Shown here: positions 38,335 through 53,062 of the stretch, piece by piece
How positions within the stretch are numbered: the stretch's first letter is position 1
How the letters are laid out: each line of letters starts with the position of its first letter
Assembly (NCBI GenBank): GCA_951406725.2
Contig: OX597832.1
Span: 17,856,001-17,920,000 of the forward strand
Source: Octopus vulgaris
Lineage: Eukaryota
DNA length: 64,000 nt
Reading direction: 5' to 3'
Position numbers and translations under genes: made by a program
Notes under the pieces: generated by a model
Database searches by the model: none
Told to the model about the DNA's origin: nothing
The model's input: only the letters and a program-made list of their open reading frames with translations

Positions 38335-40523
38335 TGTCACGTGGTCAGAATAATCCTCTCTCTGATATTGGCGGTTCGCAAAATATTGCTTGTGTGCAAG
38401 CGTTGTTGTTCTTTGCGAAAAGTGTGAGCATCCAAGCTAGTTAACATCCAGAATGATAAAGAAATTTATTTTATCTTCAAAACATTATGTGTGCGCAATT
38501 TCCCCCTTGTGCGCCATTTGTAAAATGCGTGAGCATGTACAAGCATACACCTTGGAGGAAACATTACTCCGACCCACACAAACTACGTAGCATAATATAA
38601 ATATACATAAGTAAATATTCGTTATAAATTCATATCCATCCAAAACCAGGGTTCTGCACGGAACTGGGTGTATTGGGAGAGCGATTAAATTTATATAATC
38701 TGTTGAAACGATATCTGCCATTATTAAAATTTCCCTCTGCTTTAACAATTGGATAAGTGTGTGTGTGAAGCTTTGGCGTTATTTGAATACACACCTCAGA
38801 TTGAACACTTCAGAATCGTTATGATGAATCCAGAATCTTCTCTGCTATTATCACGAAACACTTTCGGCTTTCGTTGAGATTTTGAAAAGAAATAGCGAAT
38901 TTTACTTAAGAAATATATATGAAAATGAGGATATTAAGTACATCGAAACATATGTATCTGAAGAAATGCATAACCAACAAGTTGATCGAAGGACACATTG
39001 AATAATTTTCTTCTTATTACGTTGTATATAAAATCTAGCTTTGCGAATTCAGTAAAAGTGGATATATGGTTATTATCGGTGGACCTTTTTATGTTGCATT
39101 TGATTTTTAGATGGAGCATGTTTTTAGAATTCCTAGGATAAAAGAAAAGCAATGTTGAGGCTATCGTTGACTGAAGTCAGGAAATTAAATTCATCTAAGT
39201 TTATGCAGCTGTATGCGTTGTTGTTTGGTACTTTTAAGCTGATTATAAAGTACGTACTCCACAGGACCAACACTGATGTCTTACTGGCATGTTTTATATA
39301 TTAATATAAATATAGCAAAAGAAAATTACAACGCTCCACCACACACACTCACACAGACTCTAAGCTCAGTACTCCGTGTCTGCAAGGCAATTTTCATAAT
39401 AAATGCTTTGGTGGACTTTTCGAATAGTACATCCGCGTAAGTTGGATTGTTTCCATTTTGACGAGGATTTTTCAAATTCTTTTTACCACACACTCTGAAA
39501 ATATGAAATTAAAATTTTGGGAATTTATGATTTTCTTCAAAATTCTTTCCCCCACTCAAGAACGATTTTGGACAGTTTATTTTCCACTACGCTCTTTACG
39601 ACGATGGAGAAAACTTGGCAGTTAAAAATTAAAAAAAGAAGAAAAATTGGGGATCGGCGATCAATATTGCAATCGCCACTTCCCATATTTTCATACAGTA
39701 AATGTACTGTAATTTAAAAACAAATGTTTAATTGATTTTACATTTTTCATTAACAACATAAATCCTAAAATTTCGGCTTATTGTTAAAATTATTAAAAAT
39801 TAGTTCTAAAATAATGTTGGTCCGATTCTGCTATTTGTTTCTGTAGATAATTTCAAAATGACTTTTACATAAAGGTATGGTATATAAGGGAGATTTAGAT
39901 GTTGTTTCTAGCACATCATACACCTACCTGATACCTTTCTAGTTTGTTCGTCTCTGTGATATTCATTGGTGCTTTTCAATATCTTTATCTCCATAAAAAA
40001 CATTTTATGGAATGATGATGCACAAGTAAAGGTTTTTGCTTCACGGAAAGGTAGACAATTCATGACGTTTAGATAATATAAAAAAAATTTGTAATTTTTG
40101 TCCCCCACTCTACAGTAAGCAAATCTGTGCGCTTATGTGACTGTGTGTAAGAAAAGGACATATTTAATAACAGAAAATTATGCTACTAAAATACATTATC
40201 TTTTACATAACTCTCGATAGATTCCAGCAATGGATAAAATTTTAGAATAATTCAACAGAAGGTTTAAGATTTATAATTTTTGCCAAATCAGATAACAGGA
40301 TTTGGAATCTAATATTTCTGCGTAATAGGTGTATATCATAAAATGAAAGTAAACATGAGAGGGAGTGAGAGCGGGAGAGAGAGAGAGAGAGAGAGCTGGA
40401 GAGAGAGAGAGATGGGGGACATATAAACAGAGATAAAACGTGATAAATCCATGGACATAGGAGAAATTGTCAAAAAGAAAGAGACATACAGAGAAAATAA
40501 TCTTTTCTACTCTAGGCACAAGA

Positions 40524-40760
40524 GTGCCTCCAAATGAAATCTTATGGATTCCCTTCATCTCTGAGGTACCACACATGGCTGGCCAGTGATGAGACGAATC
40601 GGGTTTCTGGACTCTTCAAAGAGGACATATGGTTGAACAAGCATCGTTTAATGGCCTTCACAACTGATCTGGTATATTTTAAGCATTTGGTGTTGGTTGT
40701 GCTCACATTACTGGTGCGTCTTCGGTTGGCTCAGGGGCAGGACATGTTCTCTCTAAGCGC
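40524..40760 (-). pseudogene. Penelope-like element GIY-YIG endonuclease remnant
   Basis: LKYTRSVVKAIKRCLFNHMSSLKSPETRFVSSLASHVWYLRDEGNP*DFIWR matches the PLE pattern YIG.T...FK.R..NH..SF......T.LS.H.W.LK..G.....W. Confidence 0.7.
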
Positions 40761-40801
40761 AGATACGCTTATATTTAATACAGAATTATATATATATATA
40801 T

Positions 40802-41013
40802 AAAATTTAAAGGACTCACCACTAAAAGTGGACGGTCAATATGCTAGATATATACGTCAAAATTGCTATTTTCCACGAAGAATGTGTTCTCAAGAAAAAA
40901 CTCAGAAAAAGCCATTTTTTCTTGAGAACACATTCTTCGTGGAAAATAGCGATTTTGACGCCTATATCTAGCATATTGACCGTTCACTTTTAGTGGTCAG
41001 TCCATTAAATTTT
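40802..41013. repeat. 99-bp-arm foldback inverted repeat with 14-nt loop
   Basis: 40802-40900 vs 40915-41013; 93/99 complementary by hand count. Confidence 0.96.
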
Positions 41014-41099
41014 GTGCGTAAAAAATATTAATCTTCGGATTTTTTTAATATGCTAGGCCACTGGTTTTAATTGATTAATATTAATTTCTACCCTTATTC

Positions 41100-41134
<35 letters not shown>

Positions 41135-41145
41135 TGTATATATGA

Positions 41146-41241
<96 letters not shown>

Positions 41242-41571
41242 TTACATATATAAATGCAACCATACACACCTGCGTGGATAAATACATACATGAACATAGC
41301 ACTTCTTTAATGCATAATTAGATGCGTATGCAAATGCAAAAATACAGATATTAAAGAAAAAATTACTATTATCTGTCCTGCAGAAATCTGTTTAAATACG
41401 AAAAGAGACATAACAACATGAAGATGATAAAATAAGGGCTGTCTTATCGAGTTATTCCTATATCTGAATATCTGATTGAAGCCAGAGTAAGGTAGGAATG
41501 ATAAAAAATATTTCTAAAAGAAATCTATCTATCTATCTATCTATCTATCATATATATATATATATATATAG

Positions 41572-41629
<58 letters not shown>

Positions 41630-41686
41630 GTATGTATATATAAATATATATATATATATTTATATATATATACACATATATATACG

Positions 41687-41719
<33 letters not shown>

Positions 41720-41803
41720 ATGTATGTATGTATATATTCATACAAGTCACAAGCGTATGAGAGGAATATTTAAAGCATATATGTCAAGAGTTACAGGTAC
41801 GCG

Positions 41804-41859
<56 letters not shown>

Positions 41860-41979
41860 ATCTATATGTGTGTGTGTGTGTGTACGTATTTGGATGTATG
41901 TTACTGTGTACTGAGTTGCCTCTAATACATATAAACATATACGCGTGTGGAAATGCTCAAACACTCACATATAAATGTA

Positions 41980-42155
41980 TGCTTTGCATTATTTCGTCTG
42001 TCTTTGTGTTCTGAGCTCAAATTCCGCCGACGTCGACTTTGCCTGTTATACTTGCGGGGTTGATAAATTAGCACCGGCCGCGTATTGGCGTCGATTTAGT
42101 CATCTGGCTCCTCCCACAAAATTTCGGACCTTGTACCTAGAGTAGAAAAGAATAT
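41980..42155 (+). mobile_element. SINE family A, 5'-truncated, tail 2
   Basis: atttcgtctg...ctcaaattccgccgacgtcgactttgcc...ccttgtacctagagtagaaaagaat. Confidence 0.85.
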
Positions 42156-42468
42156 TTTATTTTGCGTGTATTTCCGTTTGTGTTGTGGATATAGTTACAT
42201 ATATATATGTGTGAATGTATGTACGTATGCGTGTGTGTATATATGTGTTGTATGTATGTGTGTTTTCGAATGTGTGCGCGCGCTTGTGTTTGAGCTTATA
42301 TGTGCGTCTGTTTATGGATATCTATATGAATGAATGTATGTGTGTATATGCGTGTGTGTGTATGTGTGTTTGCATATCAATATATATTTACGCATCTATC
42401 TATCTACTTATCTATCTATCTATATATATATATGTGTGTGTGTGTGTATATAAATATATATATATATA

Positions 42469-43361
42469 CAGGGTGTGATGGGTAAATACTCACAATTTTA
42501 TAATTTTAATTTCGAGCTTGCACGTTGTTTGTTTTTTTTTTATTTTGCCGACTACACAGTATCGTAGGGTCAGTTGGGTACCGTCTGTGAGAACAAATTG
42601 CACCATGATTTGATTGCTTCTTCCAGAAATTTTGAAACGACATACACTACTGCTGGGCTTTCGCGTTGATAGCTCCAATACAAAATGATGCTGAAAGCAC
42701 AGAAGAACCGTTGGCTCGCCGTGTCACGAAAACATTTACCGTGTGTGATAAAAATCATACATTAAATCAACTTCATGGTGTTTGGAGTGATCACTAATGA
42801 TGTCGATGTTATGCCTCCATTCCTCTTCACACACGGCCTCAGGTTCAAGACGGAGGCTTACATAAAGGCCCGGAGGAGGTAGTTATGTCCTGGATCAACA
42901 GGGTGGCTGCTGGAAGATCTTATGTCTGGCAAGAGGATCTGCACCGTGCCACACAATCAGGAGAACACAGTGATAGCTGTCAGAAAATTTATTCGACCTT
43001 ATCACTCCTAGCATCTGGCCTCCCAACTCTCCAGGTTGCAACCCCCCTTGTTTATTGTGTGTGCAGTACAGTTGAGCGGGAGACCAACGAAACTCCTTGT
43101 AACACGAAAGATGATTTGAAGACAAGGATTATGGCAGCGTTCACTAACTTAGTCAAGAAGACAGTCCCGAAGTGTTGCAGGAGATTCCGAAGTCGTCTGG
43201 GGGCCATATTTGAAGCCAATGGCGACTTTATTGATTAAATTTACTCCTTAGTATTTCAAGATATTTTATATGCAACTTTCGTAAATATATGTTAAATTGA
43301 GATGTCATTGTTCTCTTCATTTTTGCGAAATTTCGACGACAGTCTTTTTCACCGCACCCTA
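42469..43361 (+). mobile_element. Degenerate DD37D (maT-like) Tc1/mariner transposon, internally deleted, both ends present
   Basis: Ends ta-cagggtgtg / cgcaccct-a-ta. Translation FMVFGVITND.DVMPPFLF..GL, YVWQED(S)APCH...WPPNSPGCNPL.Y..., RRFRSRLGAIFEANGDFID. There are 37 residues between the second and third catalytic positions after correcting two frameshifts. Confidence 0.88.
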
Positions 43362-44330
43362 TATCTACATACATACCTACATACATGTTATGATATCAGT
43401 TTTCATTCTAAAATGTGGTAGGGATGCAGTAGTGCCGTGTCATTTACTGGTAATAAAGAAAATTGGTAAATGACAGATACAGAGTCAGTGGTCTTTAGTT
43501 AAATATTTTGCAGCTGGCTTTTATTGTTGGATCTTTTTTCGAAGAACATCGTTTAAAATTATTTGTAGTCTAAAGGTGTGTAGACATGGATATATTTAAT
43601 AGGCTGAGACATATGTGGTGAGTATTATGCTGATGCAGAATAAGTGAGACAAATGATGAATAATTATAGAAGTGCGAAGCGAGGACAGGAAGTATGTGTA
43701 TGAATGTGCCGATGTGGTATTTAAATATTCACTAATTAACAGAATAGATTGCTACTTGCATGAAGATACATAGTAAGAATAGCCTTTGAATTTGATTGCA
43801 TATTTCCTGTATGGCAACACTCTGAAAAAGTTTTACTTGTTTGGATATATCTTTTCGAAAGCCATCATTGTGAGTGAGATTAAGTTAGCCTTCCGATTCA
43901 GGAAAACATTAAAATGAACCATGCACTGGGAAAATGAAGCGCACTATCATATCGCTGAAGACTATAGAGTTTTGGTTTAGTTGAAAATAGAAGTTCATGT
44001 ATCCATGCTTTATGGATGATGCATTCGGTGATTATTTGATGAAACGGCACGATGCAGAATCAAGTGATCTGTAGTCCGATGATTTTATTCTTAGTGCAGT
44101 GTGTTGCCTTCACGTACATGAAATAGAATGATTCTCCCGCAACAGGGTTCACAACGAAGGCTCTTTAACGTTTGGCCATAGACGTATATTATTTGTCCTT
44201 CTATATACATCTCTACATACATACACATATACATACATAACTAATTACATGCATACAGATATAAATATATATGTATGTATATGGATATATTTATATACAT
44301 ACAGATATAAATATATATCTATATACATAC

Positions 44331-44411
<81 letters not shown>

Positions 44412-44603
44412 CATGTATGTGTGTGTTTGGTCATAAGTATGTAAGAATGCATATTATAGACATGAATGGGGAAAGCGAACCTGGATCCCTGTAGTTGAGA
44501 AACAAATGTCTTACTACACAACAGACCTGCTCCTATCAAAAGGCGCATGCACGCACACTCACACACACATACATAGATGTATACACATATATAATATAGA
44601 TTT

Positions 44604-44651
<48 letters not shown>

Positions 44652-44688
44652 GCGTGTATATATATAAAATTATATGTATATGTGTGTT

Positions 44689-44723
<35 letters not shown>

Positions 44724-45537
44724 TGATGTTATTTGCGCTTGCAAATGCACTCATGCTGATACGGACATATAGTAGTGTGTGTAGAGAGACAAATATATCA
44801 ACAGATTAGTATACATTCCAATAATCTCAACAGCAACCACACTATCGCTGGTAAATGCAAAACAGAATAACAAAAGAAAAGACCCACAACCATCACCACC
44901 ACCACCAACAACAACATTTACAACAACAGCAGCAACAATAATGACAACAACAACAACAACAGCAATAATTGCATGAAAGATATCAGTGATTTTTGATATG
45001 AAATTTGGGATTAGCAGAAATTATGGTGACAAATAAGATATTGGTTGATAGTATCTCATGGAATCCGTTTGTAAGAAAATAAGAATCGTAAAATGGATTA
45101 AGATACCAAAAAGCAATATTTAATACTATACAGAATAAAAATGTTCACGTATAGCTGATATATGAAAAACATTTGCATGCGTATACGTCAATATATGTTA
45201 ATATAGACCTCTATAACACAGAAATTAGATTAATAATAAAAGAATATGAATGTTGGAACGATATCTACGTGTCAAAATATTAAAGCGTATATACGCAGAC
45301 ACTCGTGCATACAAATATTTGTGTGCATATGTGTGTGTGCGTGTGTATGTGTGTGTGTGTGTGTGAATGTCAGTGTGTGTATGTGTGTATGCGTGTGTGT
45401 GTGTATGCGTGCGTGTGTGTATATGTATGTGTATACACATACGTATATACATATATATACATATCTCTATATATAGGTATTTATTTACTTACATGGAACA
45501 CAGATTTATTTAGACACACACACACATACACACACAT

Positions 45538-45575
<38 letters not shown>

Positions 45576-45640
45576 GCACAAATACATATCAAATACATAT
45601 CACATATATGTATAATATATAAAATATATAATTACATATA

Positions 45641-45950
45641 CGCTTTGCTCGGTGGTTAAAGTATTCAGCTCACAGATATGATGAAGTGAGTTCCATTCCC
45701 GGATCGGGGTGTGTTGTGTTCTTAAGCAAGACATTCTGTTTTACATACCTCTAGTTCACTCAGCTGTAGAAATGATTTGCAACCTCACTAGTGCCGGGCT
45801 TCATTTGCCTTTCTCTTTCCAAGAGTGGCGTGGAGAGCGGACGCTGGTATGTATGGACGACTGTTGGTCTGCCGTAAATTATCTTGCCCGCACTGGAGGA
45901 AAATGTAATTGGTGCAATCCCATGGTAATTCATGAGTGAATGTGGTCTTT
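45641..45950 (+). mobile_element. SINE family C
   Basis: A-box-like gctcggtggttaa, B-box-like gagttccattccc, and central gtgttcttaagcaagaca...gttcactcagctgtagaaatga. Confidence 0.75.
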
Positions 45951-45976
45951 ATGAAGAGACACACAGAAATATATAC

Positions 45977-46008
<32 letters not shown>

Positions 46009-46067
46009 ATATAATTCAACAACTTTGGAGTAAAAAAGAAGGAATACTGTTGGACATTTATTTTCAA

Positions 46068-46171
46068 TCACTACAATTGTTTATACGCAACGTAGTTCTC
46101 CTGGCTTACAGATACTCCATTATGTAACTGTTTCCCCGCATTATGAGATTCAGTTGGGGTTCTTCAGGCGA
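46068..46171 (-). ncRNA. Degenerate type I hammerhead motif with long stem II
   Basis: TCGC CTGAAGA accccaac...gttgcgta TAAA CAATTG TA GTGA. Stem I TCGC/GTGA, palindromic ACAATTGT stem III and GUA site; G12 is T. Confidence 0.45.
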
Positions 46172-46184
46172 AAAATAAAAAAAA

Positions 46185-46392
46185 TTATTTCTTTATTGCA
46201 CACAGGGTGCTAAACATAGAAGGGACAAACAAGGAGAGACAACGGGATTAAGTGGATTACATCGATCCCAGTGGGTACGCCGAAAGGATGAGAAGCAATG
46301 TCGACCTCGGCGGCATTTGAACTCAGAACGTAACGGCAGACGAAATACCGATAGGCATTTCACCCGGCGTGCTAACGATTCTGTCAGCTCCC
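46185..46392 (-). mobile_element. SINE family A with internal deletion
   Basis: Reverse complement of gagctgacagaatcgttagcacgccgggtgaaatgc...gagttcaaatgccgccgaggtcgac and tail 1. Confidence 0.88.
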
Positions 46393-46499
46393 TGTCCTAG
46401 ATATATAAATAGTGTCTCCGTAAGTTGTGGACGAGTTTTATACCGTACTCTACTATTAACAGAATAGCTACACACACGCACACACACATACAGCCACTC

Positions 46500-46912
46500 T
46501 GTCCAGATTACAAGTTCAAGTCTATACTTGCAGTTATTTGGGCACTGAGATATGTAACACATTGCCTAAATACCAATGTTGAAACATTAGGTTTTTGAAA
46601 ATCAGAAAGTAGAAAGCTGATTCAAAGACTACAAGTCCAAGCCATCAGCGGAACAGTAAATATCTGTGAAACTTTCCAGATGCTTATCTCTGACGCATAT
46701 ATGTGCATGTTTAGATATACAAGTCTGCGCCTGAGAATTCATGCATTAAATATATCATACAAATCTGCACATATACATACATAACTGGTTGACATTCGAT
46801 TTTGCTGAAATTTCAATGAAGGACACTTGGATCTATGTTACAAACCACCCTTTATATATTGGCCAGAAATCCTCAAATAAAACTGAATAATGACATACAT
46901 ACTTACATAGAT
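46500..46912 (+). mobile_element. RLE-type LINE C-terminus and 3' UTR with (CATA)n tail
   Basis: PDYKFKSILAVIWALRYVTHCLNTNVETLGF*KSESRKLIQRLQVQAISGTVNICETF. The UTR end resembles 890-995. Confidence 0.7.
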
Positions 46913-47367
46913 ATCTACGTCTTTGTATTTATTTAGACAGTGTGCGTATATATAGAACGAATGTGCTGAACACCTTATTCCACACACATGAAGATTCGTA
47001 ATATTTAAACTTACTTCATTTGTTCAGATATAAGCAGCGTTGTGCGTAAAGCAGATACGATTAAATAATCGCTATTCGCCAATTATGCAAACTAAGCTAA
47101 TTATCAAAGACCCAGCCTAATGAAATCCTGGTTTTCATTGAAGTTTATGGGAGATACATTCTTTTGGAAAAAAAGGATGTGTACGTCTTCTTAGATGAAC
47201 TATCAACTAAACGGGAAACTCTGTCAAGAAAGGCTCTGCCCTAATTTTCCGCGTAATGATTTTATGAAGATAATGTTTCTGTCGTTCCTTATTCTTTAGT
47301 GATGCTTTTAAATTCCTTAATTCCTTCAGGTTCTTCGCTGTAAATATTTTATATATATGTGTGTGTG

Positions 47368-47446
<79 letters not shown>

Positions 47447-48279
47447 ACATACTCACGCATATACCTTTATAGTTGTGAACGTTAATTTGGGTACCACCCA
47501 TAAACTGGGGCCGATATAGCCGGCAAATTTTATACACGCATACATGCATTCATGGTGTCGTGTCTAAGCTAAATCTTTTTTGATTTTTTTCTTAATCAAT
47601 TTTGATGCGCAATAGGTAGATCGCCGAATAAAAGACGTTAATGTATTTAGTTGCTCGTTCTTTTATATCGTAATTTAAAAAAAGAAAAAAAAAAAATTCC
47701 CGAGGTCGATTTGGTTTCATATTTCCGACGTCGAAAAAATATGAACCAGTCAAGTATTGCATTCGATCTAATGAATTATTTCCTTCCCGAAAATTTCTGT
47801 CAAATATCAGTATTTTATTTGAATATTTTGCTTTTTATTGATTTTTACCGAAAAAAAAAAAAAAAATGAAACAAAAAAATGATAACGAAAAAAAAAAAAT
47901 TTCCTAATAATTTCGAATACAAGATTTATGGAAATTATATTGACTCGCTACGTGCTTCTAAACTATATTAATAACATAGCTACACTGTGTGACGTGCATC
48001 AATGAATAATCGAAACTGGAACTTCTGCTTCCAATTTTTCTGAAATTTATTGCATTTTTCTAGTTTTGATTTTAATTCCGTTTCAAGATTTTCGCTAACG
48101 TATGAATCCATTTCACAGAGGCATTAAAGGTGAATATGATGTGAAAATCAGTGAAGTGATCTTACTCCAGTCTGCTACCGACGCCACGATAATTTCATCG
48201 TCATGTTCCTAAGGGGTTTACCGTTTATTTGTAGGAATCCTATCTATAATTTTGATTTGTAATCCTTTTCTGCTGCACG

Positions 48280-48388
48280 TACAAGGCCTGAATATCTGGT
48301 AGAGGTGTTTGTCAATTACATCGACCCCAGTGTTCAAATGGTACTTATTTTATCGACCCCGAAAAGATGAAAGGCAAATCGACCTGGT
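48280..48388 (-). mobile_element. SINE family A core fragment
   Basis: tacatcgaccccagtg...ggtacttattttatcgaccccgaaaagatgaaaggcaaa. Confidence 0.8.
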
Positions 48389-48989
48389 CTCAAAATTTTA
48401 ATGGATAATAACCAATATCCATAAGCAACGATGTTTTTCTCTTCCTCTTCAAGAGAAAAAAAAGAGAAAGTAAGTATAAAGATTTCTCATCGAACGTTTG
48501 ATTAACTTCCATTTTATACCTGTACCGTTGCAATGTTGCTCGCTTACCGCCTTGAAAAATTTACTCGGAAAAATTGTTCACAACACATTTATTTTCCCTT
48601 CTAGTTTGCTTCTTAGTGAATCAGATCTATGGCTTGACCTCCAAGACACAGAGCTTAATCAAGGAACACAGTTCAAGTAGAGATGGGGGATTAAAGATAA
48701 ATACACATATATAAGCATGACTTTTACAATATTTTCGTCTACGAAATTTAATAATAGGAATCTTGGGGTCCGCAGCTATACAAGAATACTGTTGGAGAAA
48801 TTTATCAGCAGTGGAATTGAACTCGAAAACATGTGGTGGCAATGCGAGGGTATTAATCTTCTGGCCAAGCCGCTGGCTTAAAATTTTCCTTCGACATTAG
48901 CGCAGGAATCCCCAAATCGTCCCTAAATAATGCCTGAAAAATGCTATCTTGTATCTGGAGTAAAATACGAATGTTTCAAGAAACCATAT

Positions 48990-49273
48990 AAGTGTTTCTC
49001 AATCTTTTTGTTTTCTTTTTACCTGTGGACCCCACTGACCTCTATGTTACTCGGATGAACCATTTGATTTCTATTTTTCTCGGATGGACTTTCCTAGTCA
49101 TTCAATGTCATTCAATATCGTCAAAATATTATTAAATATTTTTTTGAATCGTATTTAAAAATATTTTGTAGAAGTAGAACTAATTAATCGCAGATAAATT
49201 TTAACTATATTTGATATGGATCCCCTAGGCCATATTGAATCCCAAAGGCCATATGGATTCCCAAAGGCCACTG
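48990..49273. mobile_element. Possible decayed hAT MITE
   Basis: Left end agtgtttctcaatctttt...tggacccc, right end ccactg, internal ggccatatggattcccaaa-type tandem repeats. No clear TSD. Confidence 0.4.
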
Positions 49274-49788
49274 AACTGGATAGCTCATTTGAACACTAAC
49301 CCATTCTATGACGGTGCAGGCTTATTATGACTAGTTACAAATTATAAGATAAAATAATTTTCAGTATCGATAATCTATCTCTCCGCGCCCTTGTGAATAT
49401 TATCAATACATCAGTGGATAGAATGTCTAACGAAAACCTTTCTCCTGTTATACCCTTTCCTTTTCTACATGCAATGAAATAAATTATTAAATGTCACGTA
49501 TTTTCAAACCATTTTTTCAGAATTAGAGGATGTAATTACAAGAAGGTCGAGAGATCACATTGAATAGGTTTGGCTTATATTTTCTCTCTTATGTTTGCTG
49601 TAAAAATCAACGTTTGTACACAGCCTAGTGCTGGATTATAATATTGAGGTCTCTTTCTTTCTTTTGTTATCTTACCGTTTTTACCAATATATATATATAT
49701 ATATATATATTACAGAATGTCGGTTTAACATTATTTTGAGTAAACTCGTAATAACTGCATATATTTAGATGGAGGGCAAATTCGATAA

Positions 49789-50032
49789 TCTATTATATAT
49801 TTGTGAAAAGGGCAGACGTGGTCTCACAAGCAGTCGTGCAGGCAAAATTGAAAATTGTTAGCAAATATGGTCGGATTGACCTGAAAATTTGCACACCTGT
49901 GTTAAAAGTGCTGGGGAGTTTGCATGTCAACTTTGAGCTTGCTCAATTGAAAGACGTGACCTCTTGGGCAAAATTCCTCATCTTTAAAATGTGGCCCGAT
50001 TAAACCCGAATGGAATCGGGTTATACTACTAG
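49789..50032 (+). mobile_element. Non-autonomous Helitron (244 bp)
   Basis: A|TCtattatata ... AACCCGA atggaa TCGGGTT atacta CTAG|T: 5' TC, subterminal hairpin, 3' CTAG, inserted in AT with no TSD. Confidence 0.82.
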
Positions 50033-50164
50033 TACATATATATTCCTTTATACTTCGTGAAAATATACCACGTAATAATAAACCACTTCCTCACGTACAT
50101 TCTGCTTAATGATCAGGTTCGATTCTAGACCATGCTGTACCAGCAGTGATAACATTATATTTAT

Positions 50165-50520
50165 GCTTTACTTCTTTCAGTTCTTTAAGACTGCGACCAT
50201 GCTGGAGCAGCGACTTGAATTTTTCTACGTATTTTTTAAGCCTGCTACTTATTCTATCGGTCTCTTTTGCCAAAGCGTTAACTTACGAGGACGTAAACAC
50301 ACCAACACCAGTTGTCAAGTGGTGATGGGGTAGCAAACAAACACACACACACACAAACACACACACGCACACACATATATATATATACGATGGGACTCTT
50401 TCAGTTTCTGTTTACCAAATCCATTCAAAAGGCTTTGGTCGGCCCAAAGTTATAGTAGAAGACACTCGCCCTAGGAGCCAAGCAGTGGAACTTAACCTGG
50501 AACCACGTAGTTGGGAAGCA
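50165..50520 (-). mobile_element. SINE family B, divergent
   Basis: ccatgctggagca, tacttattctatcggtctcttttgcc, ctttcagtttc, ggctttggtcggccc, tatagtagaagacact. Confidence 0.88.
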
Positions 50521-50534
50521 ATCTTCTTCACCTC

Positions 50535-50570
50535 CTACTGCTACTACTACTACCACTGCGGCTACTACTG

Positions 50571-50606
<36 letters not shown>

Positions 50607-50654
50607 TTACTGCTGCTGCTACTACTACTACTACTATTACTGCTGCTACTACTG

Positions 50655-50708
<54 letters not shown>
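50535..50708. repeat. (CTA)n/(CTG)n microsatellite
   Basis: Direct repeat. Confidence 0.95.
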
Positions 50709-50709
<1 letters not shown>

Positions 50710-51406
50710 ACGAAATGTTTTAGCACTACGGGCAGCAGTAATAAACACTACACCATCAACACCATTCGCCTTAAAAACAAAAGCACCTAGAAAAAGCGAC
50801 GACGAATACAACAGCAAAAACAAAAACAAAAAACACAGCAACAAAAACGGCAATAATGGAAACAGCAGCAACTACGTTTTTAAAAAAAAAGAAGCAAGAT
50901 GTGAACTTGACTGAAGCAAGAATCGGAAACTCGAATCAGCAGTTTGCGTCACACGAACCGAAATTTATATCCACCAATGTTCGACGAAACGTAACAAAAT
51001 ATACTTAATGGAGCAGCGTTCGGTTAAGTTGCACCGTGGCTGTGATCTCGTTTAAATTACCCTGATACCAAGTGAACCGTAGAATTCCGTGCCAAAATGT
51101 CAATTTCAGGCAACATTTGTCACCTATTTTCATGACAACATGCATATTGTTTCATAAAATTGGTCGCCATATTAATTACTGGATTACACTTCTCAATATG
51201 ACACACTTCAACTCTTATCAACAACCTCTTCCTTATACTCTCTTTGGCACATCAGTTTCTTTTTCTCTCCATTCCAACCCTATTCTTTTGCTCATTCTCT
51301 CTCTCTTGCTCTCTCCTCATATTTCCCTCTCTATTTGTCTTCTCTCTCTCTCTCTAACTTGATCTTCATGCTAATAGTCAATGTGGCTACCATGACTCTC
51401 TGTCTG

Positions 51407-51477
<71 letters not shown>

Positions 51478-51629
51478 GTTTGTCTTTCTGCCTCCCTCTC
51501 TCTCTCAAAATGCAAATATATAAAGAGAGAAAAATGTAGATAATCTGTTCTTGAGTGTGAGTGTGTGTGTGGGTGTTGGTGTATATATACATACACACAC
51601 ACATATATATATATATGCAGGTATGTATG

Positions 51630-51684
<55 letters not shown>

Positions 51685-51991
51685 TTATATACATGTATCA
51701 TACACATACATGTATATATGTGTGTGAGCATGTATGTATATGTATGCGCGTATTGTAATCTCGTTTATTCTATCTTATTCTTACAACACACTATACTGCT
51801 TCTCCTATATCTCACTTTCTCTCTCTTCTCCCCCCTCTCTCTCCCTCATTCCCTCGATCTTCCTCTTTCTCTCTTTCCCGCACCTCAAACAACTCTGCCG
51901 TTTATTATCTTCTTTTTCAGCCAGAGAATACCAAACAATACTTTATCATTGAATGTTGTGTTGATTACGCCATTTCTCTCATTATTGCCCC

Positions 51992-52035
<44 letters not shown>

Positions 52036-52253
52036 CATCATCAGCAGCAGCAGCATCATCATCATTATTGTGTTGATGTTGCTGTTGTTGTCGATAGTGT
52101 TTTCTTTCATTCACCCTTCACGGCTAAAAACGTGCCCGGCAGGCATTTCGTTACAAAATTGAGTGAAAATAACATTCTTGAGAAGGAGGCGATGCGAAAT
52201 GAGAGAAAAAATGTACTTCATAATCCAATAAGTCGGCAAAACTCCTCCTAAAG

Positions 52254-52332
<79 letters not shown>

Positions 52333-52351
52333 AGTCTGTATGTCTGTCTGA

Positions 52352-52395
<44 letters not shown>

Positions 52396-52591
52396 TTCTA
52401 TATATATATGTGTGTGTATACATATATGCATATATCTGTGTATATATACAAATATAGGTAAACATACACACACACACATATATGATTGTTATTTAAAATA
52501 CTCATCGTATTAAGTGACCGACATGTGAATATAAACCTTATAGGTAATAATTATTAATAAAATTGTAAACAAAGGTATTTAAAAGATGCCA

Positions 52592-52701
52592 CCAGGTTCA
52601 GTCCCTGTGTGGTACCTTAGGCAAGAGTCTTCTACTATAGCATCGGGCCGACCAAAGCCTTGTGAGAGGATTTGTTAGACGGAATCTCGAAGAAGCCCGT
52701 C

Positions 52702-52786
<85 letters not shown>

Positions 52787-52975
52787 TATGTTTGTGTGTC
52801 TATGTTTCTCCCCGCAACATCACTTTACAACCGATGCAGGTATGTTTACGTCCCCGTAACCTAGCAGTTCGGCAAAAGAGCCCGATAGAATAAGTACTAG
52901 GCTTACAAGGAATATGTCCTTGGGTCGATTTACGTGACTTAAGGCCGCAGTCAAATGACTGAAACAAGTAAAAGA

Positions 52976-52977
<2 letters not shown>
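52592..52977 (+). mobile_element. SINE family B, 5'-truncated
   Basis: ggttcagtccc...gggccgaccaaagccttgtgag...gcagtcaaatgactgaaacaagtaaaagag. Confidence 0.9.
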
Positions 52978-53015
<38 letters not shown>

Positions 53016-53062
53016 CATAGGAATACTGTGCATACGTACATATATATGTGTGTATATGACGA

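Noticed and set aside
43440-44100. Possible ancient CR1/L2 LINE remnant on the minus strand
   Set aside because: Only faint motif impressions; no alignable peptide.
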